In this document: in pieces, positions 30,104-39,112 of the stretch
How positions within the stretch are numbered: the first letter of the stretch is position 1
How the letters are laid out: the number at the start of each line of letters is the position of its first letter
Origin: Candidatus Poribacteria bacterium
GTDB lineage: Bacteria; Poribacteria; WGA-4E; PCPOR2b
Assembly (NCBI GenBank): GCA_965215015.1
Contig: OZ244042.1
Span: forward strand, 2,400,001-2,464,000
Direction: 5' to 3'
DNA length: 64,000 nt
Program-made: the position numbers and the translations under genes
Notes under the pieces: model-generated
Databases searched by the model: none
Seen by the model: only the letters and a program-made list of their open reading frames with translations
Told to the model about the DNA's origin: nothing

Positions 30104-30312
30104 GTTTTGCCTTTCTGGTATTCCTAACTTAGGTAAGGAGTGCTCATAAAGAGGTTTTGATGTGTTTATTTTTTTACACCTCTCCATGCGTAGGGAGTGG
30201 GTTTCTCAACCCGTCTGGCTTGGAAACCAAGCCCCTACGATTGACCCAGGTGCCCTCGCCTAAATTCAGCTATAATCCGTTTCCAATTATGCACACCCTT
30301 CACTTAGGTTGC

Positions 30313-30611
30313 TAGGGCGTGTTGACATTTTGCTGTCGCCAGTTCCACAAATGCTGTAAGTCGGTCTAGATTCATATCTCGACAAAACCCCCGGACTCTG
30401 GCGCAATGTGCCGGGCGGATTGAACCAATCGTGGGGCACAACAGTGTTGAGTATTCTGGTGCCCCATAGTCTCTGGTATTTTATCGCGCAAATATTCTCA
30501 GTATTTTCGATTTTGCAGAATCTACCCAATGTAGGGGCGGGTCCTGTGCCTGCCCATCGAAGATTCTCGGAGCGGAGATGAATTCAATTCGTCAAATGTT
30601 AACAGAACCTA
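30313..30611. mobile_element. MITE-like element with IS5-like ends (TAGGGCGTGTTGACATTT / AAATGTTAACAGAACCTA)
   Basis: Same ends as 11483-11759 with a partly different interior. Confidence 0.75.
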
Positions 30612-30677
30612 CCTATTAGTCAGAGAAACAGAGTCTTGCAAAAAAACTCTGTTTCTGCCAAGATGTAAGATCTATTA

Positions 30678-30905
30678 TAGGACTTAGCAAGTTGTATCTG
30701 AATAGCAGGTGATTTCAATTGGTGTCTCAAGTATTGGGAGAATAAACTGTGTTTGACTTGATAAATGGTTTGGTCTGTCTGATAGACAACTTGCTTGAGT
30801 CGCACCCAAACCAACATCCCATAACCGATAGGGTTGCGAACAATCCGTGCCAAGCGACATTGACACCTTTCAAGAACGGCTCAATCTTCCACCGCCAGTT
30901 ACACC
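30678..30905 (-). pseudogene. 3' remnant of an IS701-like DDE transposase with its end
   Basis: RWKIE.F then ARIVRNPIGYGMLVWVRLK...YLRHQLKSP; ends in TGC-TAAGTCCTA. Confidence 0.7.
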
Positions 30906-31075
30906 AGGGGTGCTCATAATTCCGCCAAGAGCCTGTGCAAACATAGACGCCTATGGAGGGCAAATCGTAGCAAGAAAGCCACTCCCACAGAGAGCCCCCC
31001 TCATATACATTGCACTCCTCTAGAGAGGGTATTTCTGTTGTGCTGTTGGGGTTTTTGTGTATTTGGGTTGCCGTG

Positions 31076-32374
31076 TCAAGAGGTGCTGAAACCGTTCAGT
31101 AGCTGTAACGCTGCGTCGACCATCTGCCCTCCGGCGTCGAGTGCGAGATAGCTGCTCCGCGCTAACCATGTTTCATAGCCACCATGTTCATGTCCAATTG
31201 GGGTTGGGACATAGCCGGTGTAGTCGTTGGCAAGCTCGATGATAAAGGTCGGGTTGAACGGTGAGGCAGCCTTGAGATCGATGCCGAATTGACAGAAGAT
31301 TTCCCCCGTCAACGCAACCACCCCACAATCTCCGATACGGAAGGCTTGAATCGGTGTTGTGCGAGTATCTTCCCAGTCGTTGACTAGAATGCGCTCGCGG
31401 GCGTAGAGTTCATCGACAGTCGGATCATCGCTTGCGTTTGCCCATTTTGCTTCATACTTGGCAAGCTCTGCACTGGTCGGTTTCCGTATACCGCACGTAA
31501 TTTCCATCTGCGCCGCTGAAAGCCCCGCGTCATCGCGCATCGGTGCCAGTTGCCACGTCCGCCACACTTCTGCCGCCACTATCCGAGCAACCTTCCGTGT
31601 TTGGGCAAAGGGGCGTCGATCCGTCGGTGGATGATGGACATCGATGTTATTGATGTCGCCGGAACAACCGTTGGAGAGCATCGCAACAAATTCCGCGCCT
31701 GCTGTCCGCTGAAGTTCTTCGGCAAACAGTCCGAAATAGTCTGCCGAGATCATGTGCCCCGGCGCACCGACATAGTGCAGGGCGTAGTTGGCGAGGACGG
31801 CTATTGGTTGACCATCAACTGACTCAACGAAAAGCGCGGCGATGTCCGGATCAGTAGGGCCAACGGGTTCAACGATATCGGGGTTGTTATACCCCGGATT
31901 CATCTTCACCGTGCCATCCTTCATGCGAAACCGCCGATTGAACACACAGCGCGGTTCTGTCCCGACGCCGTAACCGAGTCTCGCTGGCTGCGCTCGTCCT
32001 GCCGCCAACTGAACGGCGTCAGCAACGCGCGTCGAAAAGAAGTCGAGGTAGCCTTGGTCGGGAACAGTTTCAAACCCCGGCTTCATCGCGGGAGCGGAGT
32101 GCGTATGGGTCCCCGCAATCAACACCCCCTCGCCCGGAATCCCAACCCGTTCCGCAATCATGGCTTTGGCAGCGTTGCATGTTTCGCGGGGCATACAGAT
32201 AACATCGCAGATGACAAAAGCGAGTTGCGTAGTCCCGTCCTCAATTACTAGTGCCTTGGCATGGAGTTCGTCGTGGATTTCGGTCGCATGGCGGGCCTTT
32301 AGTGAACCGGCAAGGTATGCGCCGAGCGGCGGCGTGATGTTGGTTTGTGCAGCACCCGCTTTTAGCGTAGCCAT
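31076..32374 (-). CDS. Neutral/alkaline ceramidase N-terminal-like metallohydrolase
   Basis: IHDELHAKAL, THTHSAP, NYALH, SADYFG, GCSGD and ELANDYTGYVP. Confidence 0.75.
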   Translation of the reverse strand: MATLKAGAAQTNITPPLGAYLAGSLKARHATEIHDELHAKALVIEDGTTQLAFVICDVICMPRETCNAAKAMIAERVGIPGEGVLIAGTHTHSAPAMKPGFETVPDQGYLDFFSTRVADAVQLAAGRAQPARLGYGVGTEPRCVFNRRFRMKDGTVKMNPGYNNPDIVEPVGPTDPDIAALFVESVDGQPIAVLANYALHYVGAPGHMISADYFGLFAEELQRTAGAEFVAMLSNGCSGDINNIDVHHPPTDRRPFAQTRKVARIVAAEVWRTWQLAPMRDDAGLSAAQMEITCGIRKPTSAELAKYEAKWANASDDPTVDELYARERILVNDWEDTRTTPIQAFRIGDCGVVALTGEIFCQFGIDLKAASPFNPTFIIELANDYTGYVPTPIGHEHGGYETWLARSSYLALDAGGQMVDAALQLLNGFSTS

Positions 32375-32395
32375 TCGTTTGCTCCTCTTATTGGG

Positions 32396-33124
32396 TTACC
32401 GAGTGTAACGGGCAAAGTAGAACGTCTTGAGGGGTTCGGTTGTATCGTTGATAAGGGTATGCCCTGGCTTTGACGGTGCAACGGAGACCGCATCGCCCGG
32501 ATGTTGTCGATAAACGTTCTGGCTCACCACATGGATGCCGTTTCCCTCTAGCATATACCATACCTCATCCATATCGTCAGCATGTCCATGGGTATCAGGG
32601 GTCTGCATCGCATCAATTGTGACCATCAGGACGGAGTGCAGTTTCGCAAGTCCGTCATCTACTCCGAAAATAGGGTGGACGAGATGGGTCCAATGTCCCT
32701 GACTGAGTGGGTTTTCCCGGTAGTTTCTGATGAGTACATCTTCTCGTGGCGTTCCTTCGGCGTCGGCGGTGGTCTCTTCCAAGATCAGGAATTCTAAGGG
32801 CTCCTCTGCCTCATTTATTAGAACATGTGTGGTCCCCGGCGGGACGATGATACCATCTCCTTCGCAGACTTCCTGCTTGAGGTCGCCCCCCCTAAAAATG
32901 CCATTTCCATCAACGATGTAGAAGATCAGTTGCCGATCGTCGAAAACCGTTGGTATCGACGCGATTCGCGGCTCAAGATAGCACCGGGCGAAGCTATCAA
33001 TGTAGTTGAGGATTGCTCCCGGTTTGTGGGGGTCATCGGAGCTTTTCTTGGAGAAGATTTCTCGCCTGATGATGTTGCCGTGTGTGAGACTTGAGGGGGA
33101 TTGTAACCAACTTCTCATTTCCAT
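32396..33124 (-). CDS. Bicupin-domain protein
   Basis: Two cupin motifs; HGH..DEVWY..GHTLIN. Confidence 0.8.
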   Translation of the reverse strand: MEMRSWLQSPSSLTHGNIIRREIFSKKSSDDPHKPGAILNYIDSFARCYLEPRIASIPTVFDDRQLIFYIVDGNGIFRGGDLKQEVCEGDGIIVPPGTTHVLINEAEEPLEFLILEETTADAEGTPREDVLIRNYRENPLSQGHWTHLVHPIFGVDDGLAKLHSVLMVTIDAMQTPDTHGHADDMDEVWYMLEGNGIHVVSQNVYRQHPGDAVSVAPSKPGHTLINDTTEPLKTFYFARYTR

Positions 33125-33194
33125 TTGTATTGACCTCCAATTTGTTCAAACGCAATAAGTCATTACAGACTTTTGTTAAAACTGACCGCAGTTC

Positions 33195-33450
33195 TCCCAA
33201 CTGGTAATGGGCTCAGTCTGTCGATTTGCCAAAATCAAAGATACCTAGAACATTACGCTATAGTCCGGATGTTTTGTTGATATGTGAATCTTGACCTACG
33301 GGTATACTGTTGTCGCTTCGTAGGTTAGCAAACCCGTGCCACGATGGTGTTGGGTTTCACTGTCTCTATCTATAGGACAGTGTTGTTGAAAGGCAGCCAC
33401 TCTATTGTGTTTGATAGGGATTCGCTTTTAACCGTTCAGCCCAACCTATT
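33195..33450. repeat. Mosaic REP repeat, with ~130 bp nearly identical to 36637-36765
   Basis: tatgtgaatct.gacctacg.gtatactgttgtcgcttcgtaggttagcaaacccgtgccacgatgg... in both. Confidence 0.85.
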
Positions 33451-33538
33451 GAACTCAGTGGTAGATTTGGCTAATAAGATTATAGCACGGTTCCTGAAAA
33501 AATAGGAACCGAAAACGGGTTGACGCTTCATAAGAAAG

Positions 33539-35131
33539 TTATGCAGGCATTACCACCACTTCAACTTCATCAATGATAACCTCGTTGTTTGTATGGATGG
33601 CGCTGTGTGTGAGTCCTACCTTTAGATGATTGTCCCCGTTGTTAAGCAAATCCTGATTTAGGTTGAACCACACGCTTGAAAACGGCGACAGTGGTCGTCC
33701 GAACCTCTCCAATCGGCCCTCTGAGTGGAAGACGCGCTGAAGGTCTTGGATTTCAGTTCCGTTAAGTTCAACGGCGATTTCATCTTTGGGGAGCAGCCCC
33801 AGCGCGCTGAAGTACAGGACGGCGTGTATCCCCTGTGTGCATCCCTCACAGAGGCGGAAACGGTATTCTCTGTCCCGATAAGATTGGGATTCAGAGTAAC
33901 TTGAGTCGATCTCGCGGGTGAGGGTTATCTTGTCGTCCTTCAGGGCTCCGGTGGGTGCTGTGCCCCCCCATAGGGAATGGTAGCGGTAGTGACGCGTCCG
34001 GCTCACGATGGTTTTAGGGTCGCGTAGATCGCGCAGATAGCTCAATGAGAGCGGATAGCCTTCGACGGGGCCCGGATAGCGAGCGGTGCCTCCCTTTCGC
34101 GCCCAGTGATATTGGTAGTTGAAAACAGAAATGCCGTCGGCACCTGCGCCATAGAAATTTTGTGCGAGTGCTCGATAGTTTTCAGGTCTGAGCAGCGTCG
34201 TATCATCCCCACGGCACAGCATGGGACTCAGTGTGGGGTACAACAGACAATCTGATCCGCGTGTCAATTGGCTGAACTCCTCGTAGGGTGCGTTGAAATC
34301 GGGGTGGCCGAAGTCACAGGGACAGATGTAGTCGATGAGCCCTTCCCGAATCCATGTGGGGATGTCGAAGCCCAAGTTATGGCACTCCTCCAATTTTTGT
34401 GGAATCATCACCCCCAGCGTCAGGTTTTTCCGCTGCTGTGCACCTCGCCGATCCAACATCTCGCGTACCCGCCGCAAGAAGCCTGTCATCACCGGCTGAC
34501 GGTCGAGGGCAACGTCGGTAGGAAAGCAGTGTCCATGCCGGATATAGTTGAACAACAAACCGTCAACGTCGAACCGTTCTACCACTTCATCGGCGACGGA
34601 GAAAACGTAATCCCGCACAGGTTCAAAGCTAAAGTCCTGACCGCCCGGAAATTCCTCCAGCTGCCACGACGGGTTGTCCAGTATGAATCGCGCACCCTGA
34701 TCTCCGTTGCCGTGGCGGTCGTTCATACGAAACTTTGCGATGAAGGCCATACCTCGCTTGTGTGTTTGTTCGATCAGTACCTCCAACGGTGTGATACCGG
34801 TATCCATCATGGAGACGAAACGTTGATGCTGGGGTCTTGCGTCATACTCAAACCGATCGGAACGGAAAAAGACCGTCCATCCCTGTGCGTAGATGGCTTG
34901 TGCGTAGGTGTCCACGCTGTGATGTGCGAGGTTGTCCACCCATTTGACCAAATCCTCCCGCCGGGCGGGGTCCGCCCGCGCTGTGAATGCATCGGGGCTG
35001 TGAGCGACCTGTTGTCCCACCTGATAGAATGCCAGGTTCGATGGATCGCTTGTGTAGATCAGTCTTCGCTCGCCACGGGGTTCAAACGTGGGTAGGGATT
35101 GATATTCAGTTTTTGTTGTGTCGATAGTCAT
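33539..35131 (-). CDS. Glycoside hydrolase-like TIM-barrel protein (GHL10/DUF187-like) with C-terminal beta domain
   Basis: FRMNDRH, DFSFEPVR, FDVDG, WIREGLID and GADGISVFN. Confidence 0.65.
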   Translation of the reverse strand: MTIDTTKTEYQSLPTFEPRGERRLIYTSDPSNLAFYQVGQQVAHSPDAFTARADPARREDLVKWVDNLAHHSVDTYAQAIYAQGWTVFFRSDRFEYDARPQHQRFVSMMDTGITPLEVLIEQTHKRGMAFIAKFRMNDRHGNGDQGARFILDNPSWQLEEFPGGQDFSFEPVRDYVFSVADEVVERFDVDGLLFNYIRHGHCFPTDVALDRQPVMTGFLRRVREMLDRRGAQQRKNLTLGVMIPQKLEECHNLGFDIPTWIREGLIDYICPCDFGHPDFNAPYEEFSQLTRGSDCLLYPTLSPMLCRGDDTTLLRPENYRALAQNFYGAGADGISVFNYQYHWARKGGTARYPGPVEGYPLSLSYLRDLRDPKTIVSRTRHYRYHSLWGGTAPTGALKDDKITLTREIDSSYSESQSYRDREYRFRLCEGCTQGIHAVLYFSALGLLPKDEIAVELNGTEIQDLQRVFHSEGRLERFGRPLSPFSSVWFNLNQDLLNNGDNHLKVGLTHSAIHTNNEVIIDEVEVVVMPA

Positions 35132-35190
35132 GGTATTATGGCTCCGTTCATTATAGTTCATTGGTTTATTAGTTCATGGGTTTGTTGAAC

Positions 35191-36408
35191 CTACAGAGCT
35201 CCCTTCCGGCGAAGTTTCTCAATCTCTTGGGGCGACATGTTGAGGTTATCCCTGAGCACTTCATCTGTATGTTCGCCCAGCTTTGGTCCACAGCGATGTT
35301 CAGTTTTGGAGTCGCTGATTTTAATCGGGCTCGCCACCTGACGGGTAACGCCAAATTCCGGATGTGGGATCTCAAGCACCATCTCATCTTCAGCTACCTG
35401 TGGGTCCCGGAATGCTTCCACGACGGTGTTCACAGGGGCACATGGCACTTCACCTTTGAGCAGATTCAACCAATCGGCGGTTGTCCGGCGACGAAATAGG
35501 TCTTTCAAGATTGGCACCAGCGTTTCACGATTCTTCAGTCGATCCGCAAACCCCCGAAAGCGCGGGTCGTCAGCGAGTTCGGGGGCGCCTAAAAGCCGCA
35601 CCAAACTTTGGTAGAACTTCTGCTTTGCACACACCACGACAATCCAGCTATCCTTTGTGGGCATCACCTGAAACGGCACTTGAGATGGATGTGAGGAATC
35701 TGGCATCCGTTGCGGTTGATACCCCTTGGTCAGATACCAAGCCCCAACATAGCCTAATTGGGATAGGGCGGTGTCAAACAGGCTCACATCGACATCGCAC
35801 CCCAAACCGGTGTCCCGCGCCCGTAGAATGGCACACATCAAGCCGAGTACTGCCATCACGCCTGCGCTCAGGTCAACCAGCGATAGTCCTGTCTTCTGTG
35901 GTGGGGTATCGGGTTCACCTGTTATGCTCATCCAGCCGGCGTATCCTTGCATCAGGTAGTCGTACCCCGGTTCCGCAGCACGGGAGCCGTTACGTCCAAA
36001 GGCGGAAAGGGAACAGCAGACAATTGACGGTTTCACCTTTCCGAGGGCTGCGTAGTCCAAGCCGAGTTTGCGGGGTAGATCACCCCGCAGGTTGTTAAAA
36101 ACGCCATCCGAAATGGATACTAGTCGGTGGAAGACTTCAGTTGTGTCGGGGTGTTGCAGATTCAGGGTGATGCTCTTCTTGTTTCGGTTGAAGCTCTGAA
36201 AATAGACGCTATCGCTTTCAACAGTGTAGGGGGGAACATAACGCGCCACGTCTCCACCTGTTTGGGGGTTTTCAATTTTGAGAATCTCTGCGCCTAGATC
36301 TGCAAGCATCATTGTCCCCCAGGGTCCTGCGCCGAACTGTTCGACCGAAAGAATCCGCACCCCCTGCAGAGGTAGGCGAGCATCAGTATTTCTCTGCGCT
36401 TCTATCAT
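35191..36408 (-). CDS. CaiB/BaiF family III CoA-transferase
   Basis: AGPWGTMMLADLGAEILKIE, NRNKKSITLNL and PGYD. Confidence 0.93.
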   Translation of the reverse strand: MIEAQRNTDARLPLQGVRILSVEQFGAGPWGTMMLADLGAEILKIENPQTGGDVARYVPPYTVESDSVYFQSFNRNKKSITLNLQHPDTTEVFHRLVSISDGVFNNLRGDLPRKLGLDYAALGKVKPSIVCCSLSAFGRNGSRAAEPGYDYLMQGYAGWMSITGEPDTPPQKTGLSLVDLSAGVMAVLGLMCAILRARDTGLGCDVDVSLFDTALSQLGYVGAWYLTKGYQPQRMPDSSHPSQVPFQVMPTKDSWIVVVCAKQKFYQSLVRLLGAPELADDPRFRGFADRLKNRETLVPILKDLFRRRTTADWLNLLKGEVPCAPVNTVVEAFRDPQVAEDEMVLEIPHPEFGVTRQVASPIKISDSKTEHRCGPKLGEHTDEVLRDNLNMSPQEIEKLRRKGAL

Positions 36409-36479
36409 CTAATTTTCCTTTATTTTAGTTCACTGGTTCATTGAACTGGCGAGCTATATATGTTGCTCCCTTGGGGTTG

Positions 36480-36862
36480 TGGGAGTCGGGCTAGGAAGTC
36501 CGACCTACGAGTTATAGATCAGTACGTAGGTTGGGTTGAACGGCACCAATGAAACATACCAAGCATTCTACTTGGATTGCAGGATTTGATTCTGCGTAAA
36601 CTCTCCTAACTGGTAAGGACATTAATGTTTCGTCTATATGTGAATCTCGACCTACGAGTATACTGTTGTCGCTTCGTAGGTTAGCAAACCCGTGCCACGA
36701 TGGTATTGGGCACTGTATCTATCTATAAGACTGTGTTGTTGAAAGGCAGCCGCTCTATTTTGTTTTTCCCATTCGGGTTGGGGGTTTAATGGCAGTTGGG
36801 TGTTAGTCAAGCCATGTGCCATAACGGTTGTGGGGTTTAGGGCACGCGGATCGTGCCTACTC
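36480..36862. repeat. REP/mosaic repeat cluster
   Basis: GTAG-type hairpins; segment shared with 33281-33410. Confidence 0.8.
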
Positions 36863-36864
36863 CT

Positions 36865-37392
36865 TTATAAGCACTCCTCAGCTATTTCAGGGAAAAGGTC
36901 CTTTTTAGGAGCACTGTCCCGTTTGTAGACCATGATTGCCCGCACGAGGTCGATCACTACTGTTCCGTCCTGATTAATGCCGCGTGAGCGGACCCTGACG
37001 ATACCGGCTTCGGGATATGAATTCGATTCTCGCTTCGATATGACCTCTGTTTCGCAGTATAGGGTATCCCCTATAAAGACAGGGTTCGGGAGCTTGACCC
37101 CCTCCCATCCTAGATTTGCCATTGCGTTTTCGCTGACATCTGGAACGCTCATGCCGGTGATCAGTGCCAGCGTGAAGGTGCTGTTGACTAGGATTTTCCC
37201 CCACTTTGTCTGTTGGGCGTAGTGTTGGTCAAAATGCAGTGGGTTAGTGTTGTGGGTGAGTTGGGTGAACAATGCGTTATCGGCTTCCGTAACGGTGTGT
37301 CCAAACCTGCTTCGATAGACATCCCCGACTTCAAAATCTTCGTAGAAACGCCCCTCCCATCCCGTTTGAATTTTATCTTTGGATCTCATCAT
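36865..37392 (-). CDS. MaoC family (hotdog-fold) dehydratase
   Basis: GRFYEDFEVG, TVTEADN, NPLHFD and PVFIGDTL. Confidence 0.92.
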   Translation of the reverse strand: MMRSKDKIQTGWEGRFYEDFEVGDVYRSRFGHTVTEADNALFTQLTHNTNPLHFDQHYAQQTKWGKILVNSTFTLALITGMSVPDVSENAMANLGWEGVKLPNPVFIGDTLYCETEVISKRESNSYPEAGIVRVRSRGINQDGTVVIDLVRAIMVYKRDSAPKKDLFPEIAEECL

Positions 37393-37526
37393 CTATTTCT
37401 CCTGTTATATTTGGTTCGCCTATGGTTACGGCATAGGGAGTATGTCTGCTACTTTGGTTCATTCACGTTTCAGATGTGGCCTATAACTCTACAATGGATG
37501 GGAAGAATAATCAAGCCTTTTTGTCC

Positions 37527-37555
37527 TTGCACCACTTTCGTATTTGTGCTATAAT
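37527..37555 (+). promoter_or_regulatory. Sigma70 promoter immediately before smpB
   Basis: TTGCAC, 17 bp spacer, TGc-TATAAT; ATG 9 nt after the -10 box. Confidence 0.65.
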
Positions 37556-37564
37556 TCATAGATT

Positions 37565-38029
37565 ATGAAAGCTGCGAAGTCTGTTGAGACCACAGGTCCG
37601 GTTGCTAGGAATAAGAAAGCGCGGTACGATTATCACTTGATGGATCGTTTCGAGGCTGGGCTGGTGCTTCAGGGAACGGAAGTGAAGGCGATTCGTGCGG
37701 GTAGGATGAATTTGACCGATAGCTACGCTCGCGTTGAGGCAGGCGAAGTTTTTTTAGTTGATGCCCACATCGGCCCTTACGAGCAAGGTAGTCGAGAGAA
37801 TCATGAGCCGAAGCGCAAACGGAAACTCCTGCTGAACCATCGCGAGATTAAGCGAATCGAAGGAAAAACCCGACCCACTGGCATGACGATTGTGCCGACG
37901 AAGGCTTATTTCAGTAATGGTAAAGTAAAGGTCGAAATTGCGGTGGCGCGTGGTAAACACGATTACGATAAGCGCGAAGATATGCGAAGGGAAGTAGATC
38001 AACGAGCGATCCAATCGTATATGAGATAG
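37565..38029 (+). CDS. smpB: SsrA-binding protein SmpB
   Basis: NKKARYDY, EAGLVLQGTEVK, RKRKLLL and GKHDYDKR. Confidence 0.98.
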   Translation: MKAAKSVETTGPVARNKKARYDYHLMDRFEAGLVLQGTEVKAIRAGRMNLTDSYARVEAGEVFLVDAHIGPYEQGSRENHEPKRKRKLLLNHREIKRIEGKTRPTGMTIVPTKAYFSNGKVKVEIAVARGKHDYDKREDMRREVDQRAIQSYMR

Positions 38030-38077
38030 CATCTGCATATACCGATTATAAGTGTAGGAACAAGCACAAAAACAATT

Positions 38078-38392
38078 ATGGCTTTGAAATTTCAGCGTAG
38101 AAACTGTGGCGAAGACATTGTCGTTAGGTTCTTGAAAGTTGGTGAGGCTGCCGAATGCAAAAACTGCAGGGCAAGTAATTCTGTTCCCGAATTAGCAAAA
38201 AGCATTAGTGGCGAAGGCGCAGACAATGAACCTATAGCTAAGGCATTACGCATAATCGGTAGACTACTAATAGACCTCGGGATTGTAATAGCGTTTAGTA
38301 TAATGCTTTTCTACCACTTTTGGTATACTTTGTCTAGGCGTTGGCAGGATTATCGAGTTGTTGAACCAATAAAAATAGGGAGGATTACCTAA
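38078..38392 (+). CDS. Small hypothetical protein with degenerate zinc ribbon and TM segment (possibly a relic)
   Basis: QRRNC...CKNC (first Cys lost), then a hydrophobic stretch. Confidence 0.4.
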   Translation: MALKFQRRNCGEDIVVRFLKVGEAAECKNCRASNSVPELAKSISGEGADNEPIAKALRIIGRLLIDLGIVIAFSIMLFYHFWYTLSRRWQDYRVVEPIKIGRIT

Positions 38393-38492
38393 TTAATACG
38401 GGGGTGAAAAGGTTTCGACGGAAGTAGATGATATAAAGGTTGCATGTCGAGGTCTCCGCAGGCCTCGTTAAACAGGCGGAAACAATTTAATT

Positions 38493-38522
38493 GCCGATGA
38501 AGAATTGGCTCTAGCTGCTTAA
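38493..38522 (+). other. tmRNA proteolysis tag frame (A)ADEELALAA*
   Basis: GCC GAT GAA GAA TTG GCT CTA GCT GCT TAA TAA after an AT-rich resume context. Confidence 0.9.
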
Positions 38523-38740
38523 TAAAGCGGCTCGTCCGGCTAATTTGCGGTCCCGTCGAGTTAGCCCGACGTCAACAAACGGGCTGTGCGCCTTACTTGT
38601 TCTCAAGGGGCATGGCGCGAGACATAACTTGAGATAGTCCGCGGCGAATCCGGCATAAGGGAGTCCTGTGGACGAAACACCAAAATTTATGCTAAGCATG
38701 TAGTAGCCTTTATTGAAATGCTCTCGGACGCGGGTTCGAT

Positions 38741-38974
38741 CAGTTTGGTCGACTTGGAGGGCAACCTCCTCGATTAAACCTGGCTTACATCGGTGAAATC
38801 TAAGAGATGGCGACATCTTATGGCAACACCGAGGGATTGCATGGTCCTGTAGAGACTGTAATGATAGGAGATAATGTCAGCGACAAATCTATGTCTCCTA
38901 TAACACGCTAGGCTCCATCATTTTGGTGGATGAAGATATAGTCCACGCCTCTGGGAAACCTGAGGATTAACGTG
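38741..38974 (+). ncRNA. Group I self-splicing intron (234 nt, ORF-less, P7.1 extension suggests IA-like) in the tmRNA T-loop
   Basis: P1 with U.G at the 5' splice site; R GTAGAGACTGTA (38849-38860); S AAGATATAGTCC (38933-38944); P2, P3, P4, P8, P9 and terminal G. Confidence 0.93.
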
Positions 38975-39112
38975 TCCCGCCACCTCCATCTTTTTAAGAT
39001 TTTGGTACATTGGATCATTCGTTCATTGAAATGTTGTCCCATGCACATTTTTATTCGTTTATTGATTGAATTGATGCAGGGTATACATTATTTATCGTAA
39101 TTTATCGTATCG

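Larger units (their letters stand above)
38400..38988 (+). ncRNA. ssrA: tmRNA, intron-containing (exons 38400-38740 and 38975-38988; 355 nt spliced, CCA not encoded)
   Basis: GGGGGTG/CACCTCC-A acceptor stem with G3.U70; ataaaggttgcatg/catgtagtagcctttat helix; GCGGG-TTCGAT|T-CCCGC T arm; close to smpB. Confidence 0.96.

Noticed and set aside
29039-30187. Long N-terminal extensions in the ORF track (also 3742, 8109, 20415, 44720, 46161, 59296)
   Set aside because: Extensions run through repeats, intergenic DNA or neighbouring genes; downstream starts fit RBS position or domain boundaries better
34268-35095. 275-aa plus-strand ORF
   Set aside because: Antisense shadow of the GH-like gene; no motifs
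38511-38816. 101-aa minus-strand ORF over the tmRNA and intron, considered as a homing endonuclease
   Set aside because: Antisense to structured RNA, no LAGLIDADG, GIY-YIG or HNH motif, and it crosses the exon boundary
38730-38988. Possible tRNA gene, or attL/attR of an island integrated in ssrA
   Set aside because: The tRNA-like parts belong to tmRNA; the insert has group I core elements, no duplicated 3' end and no integrase
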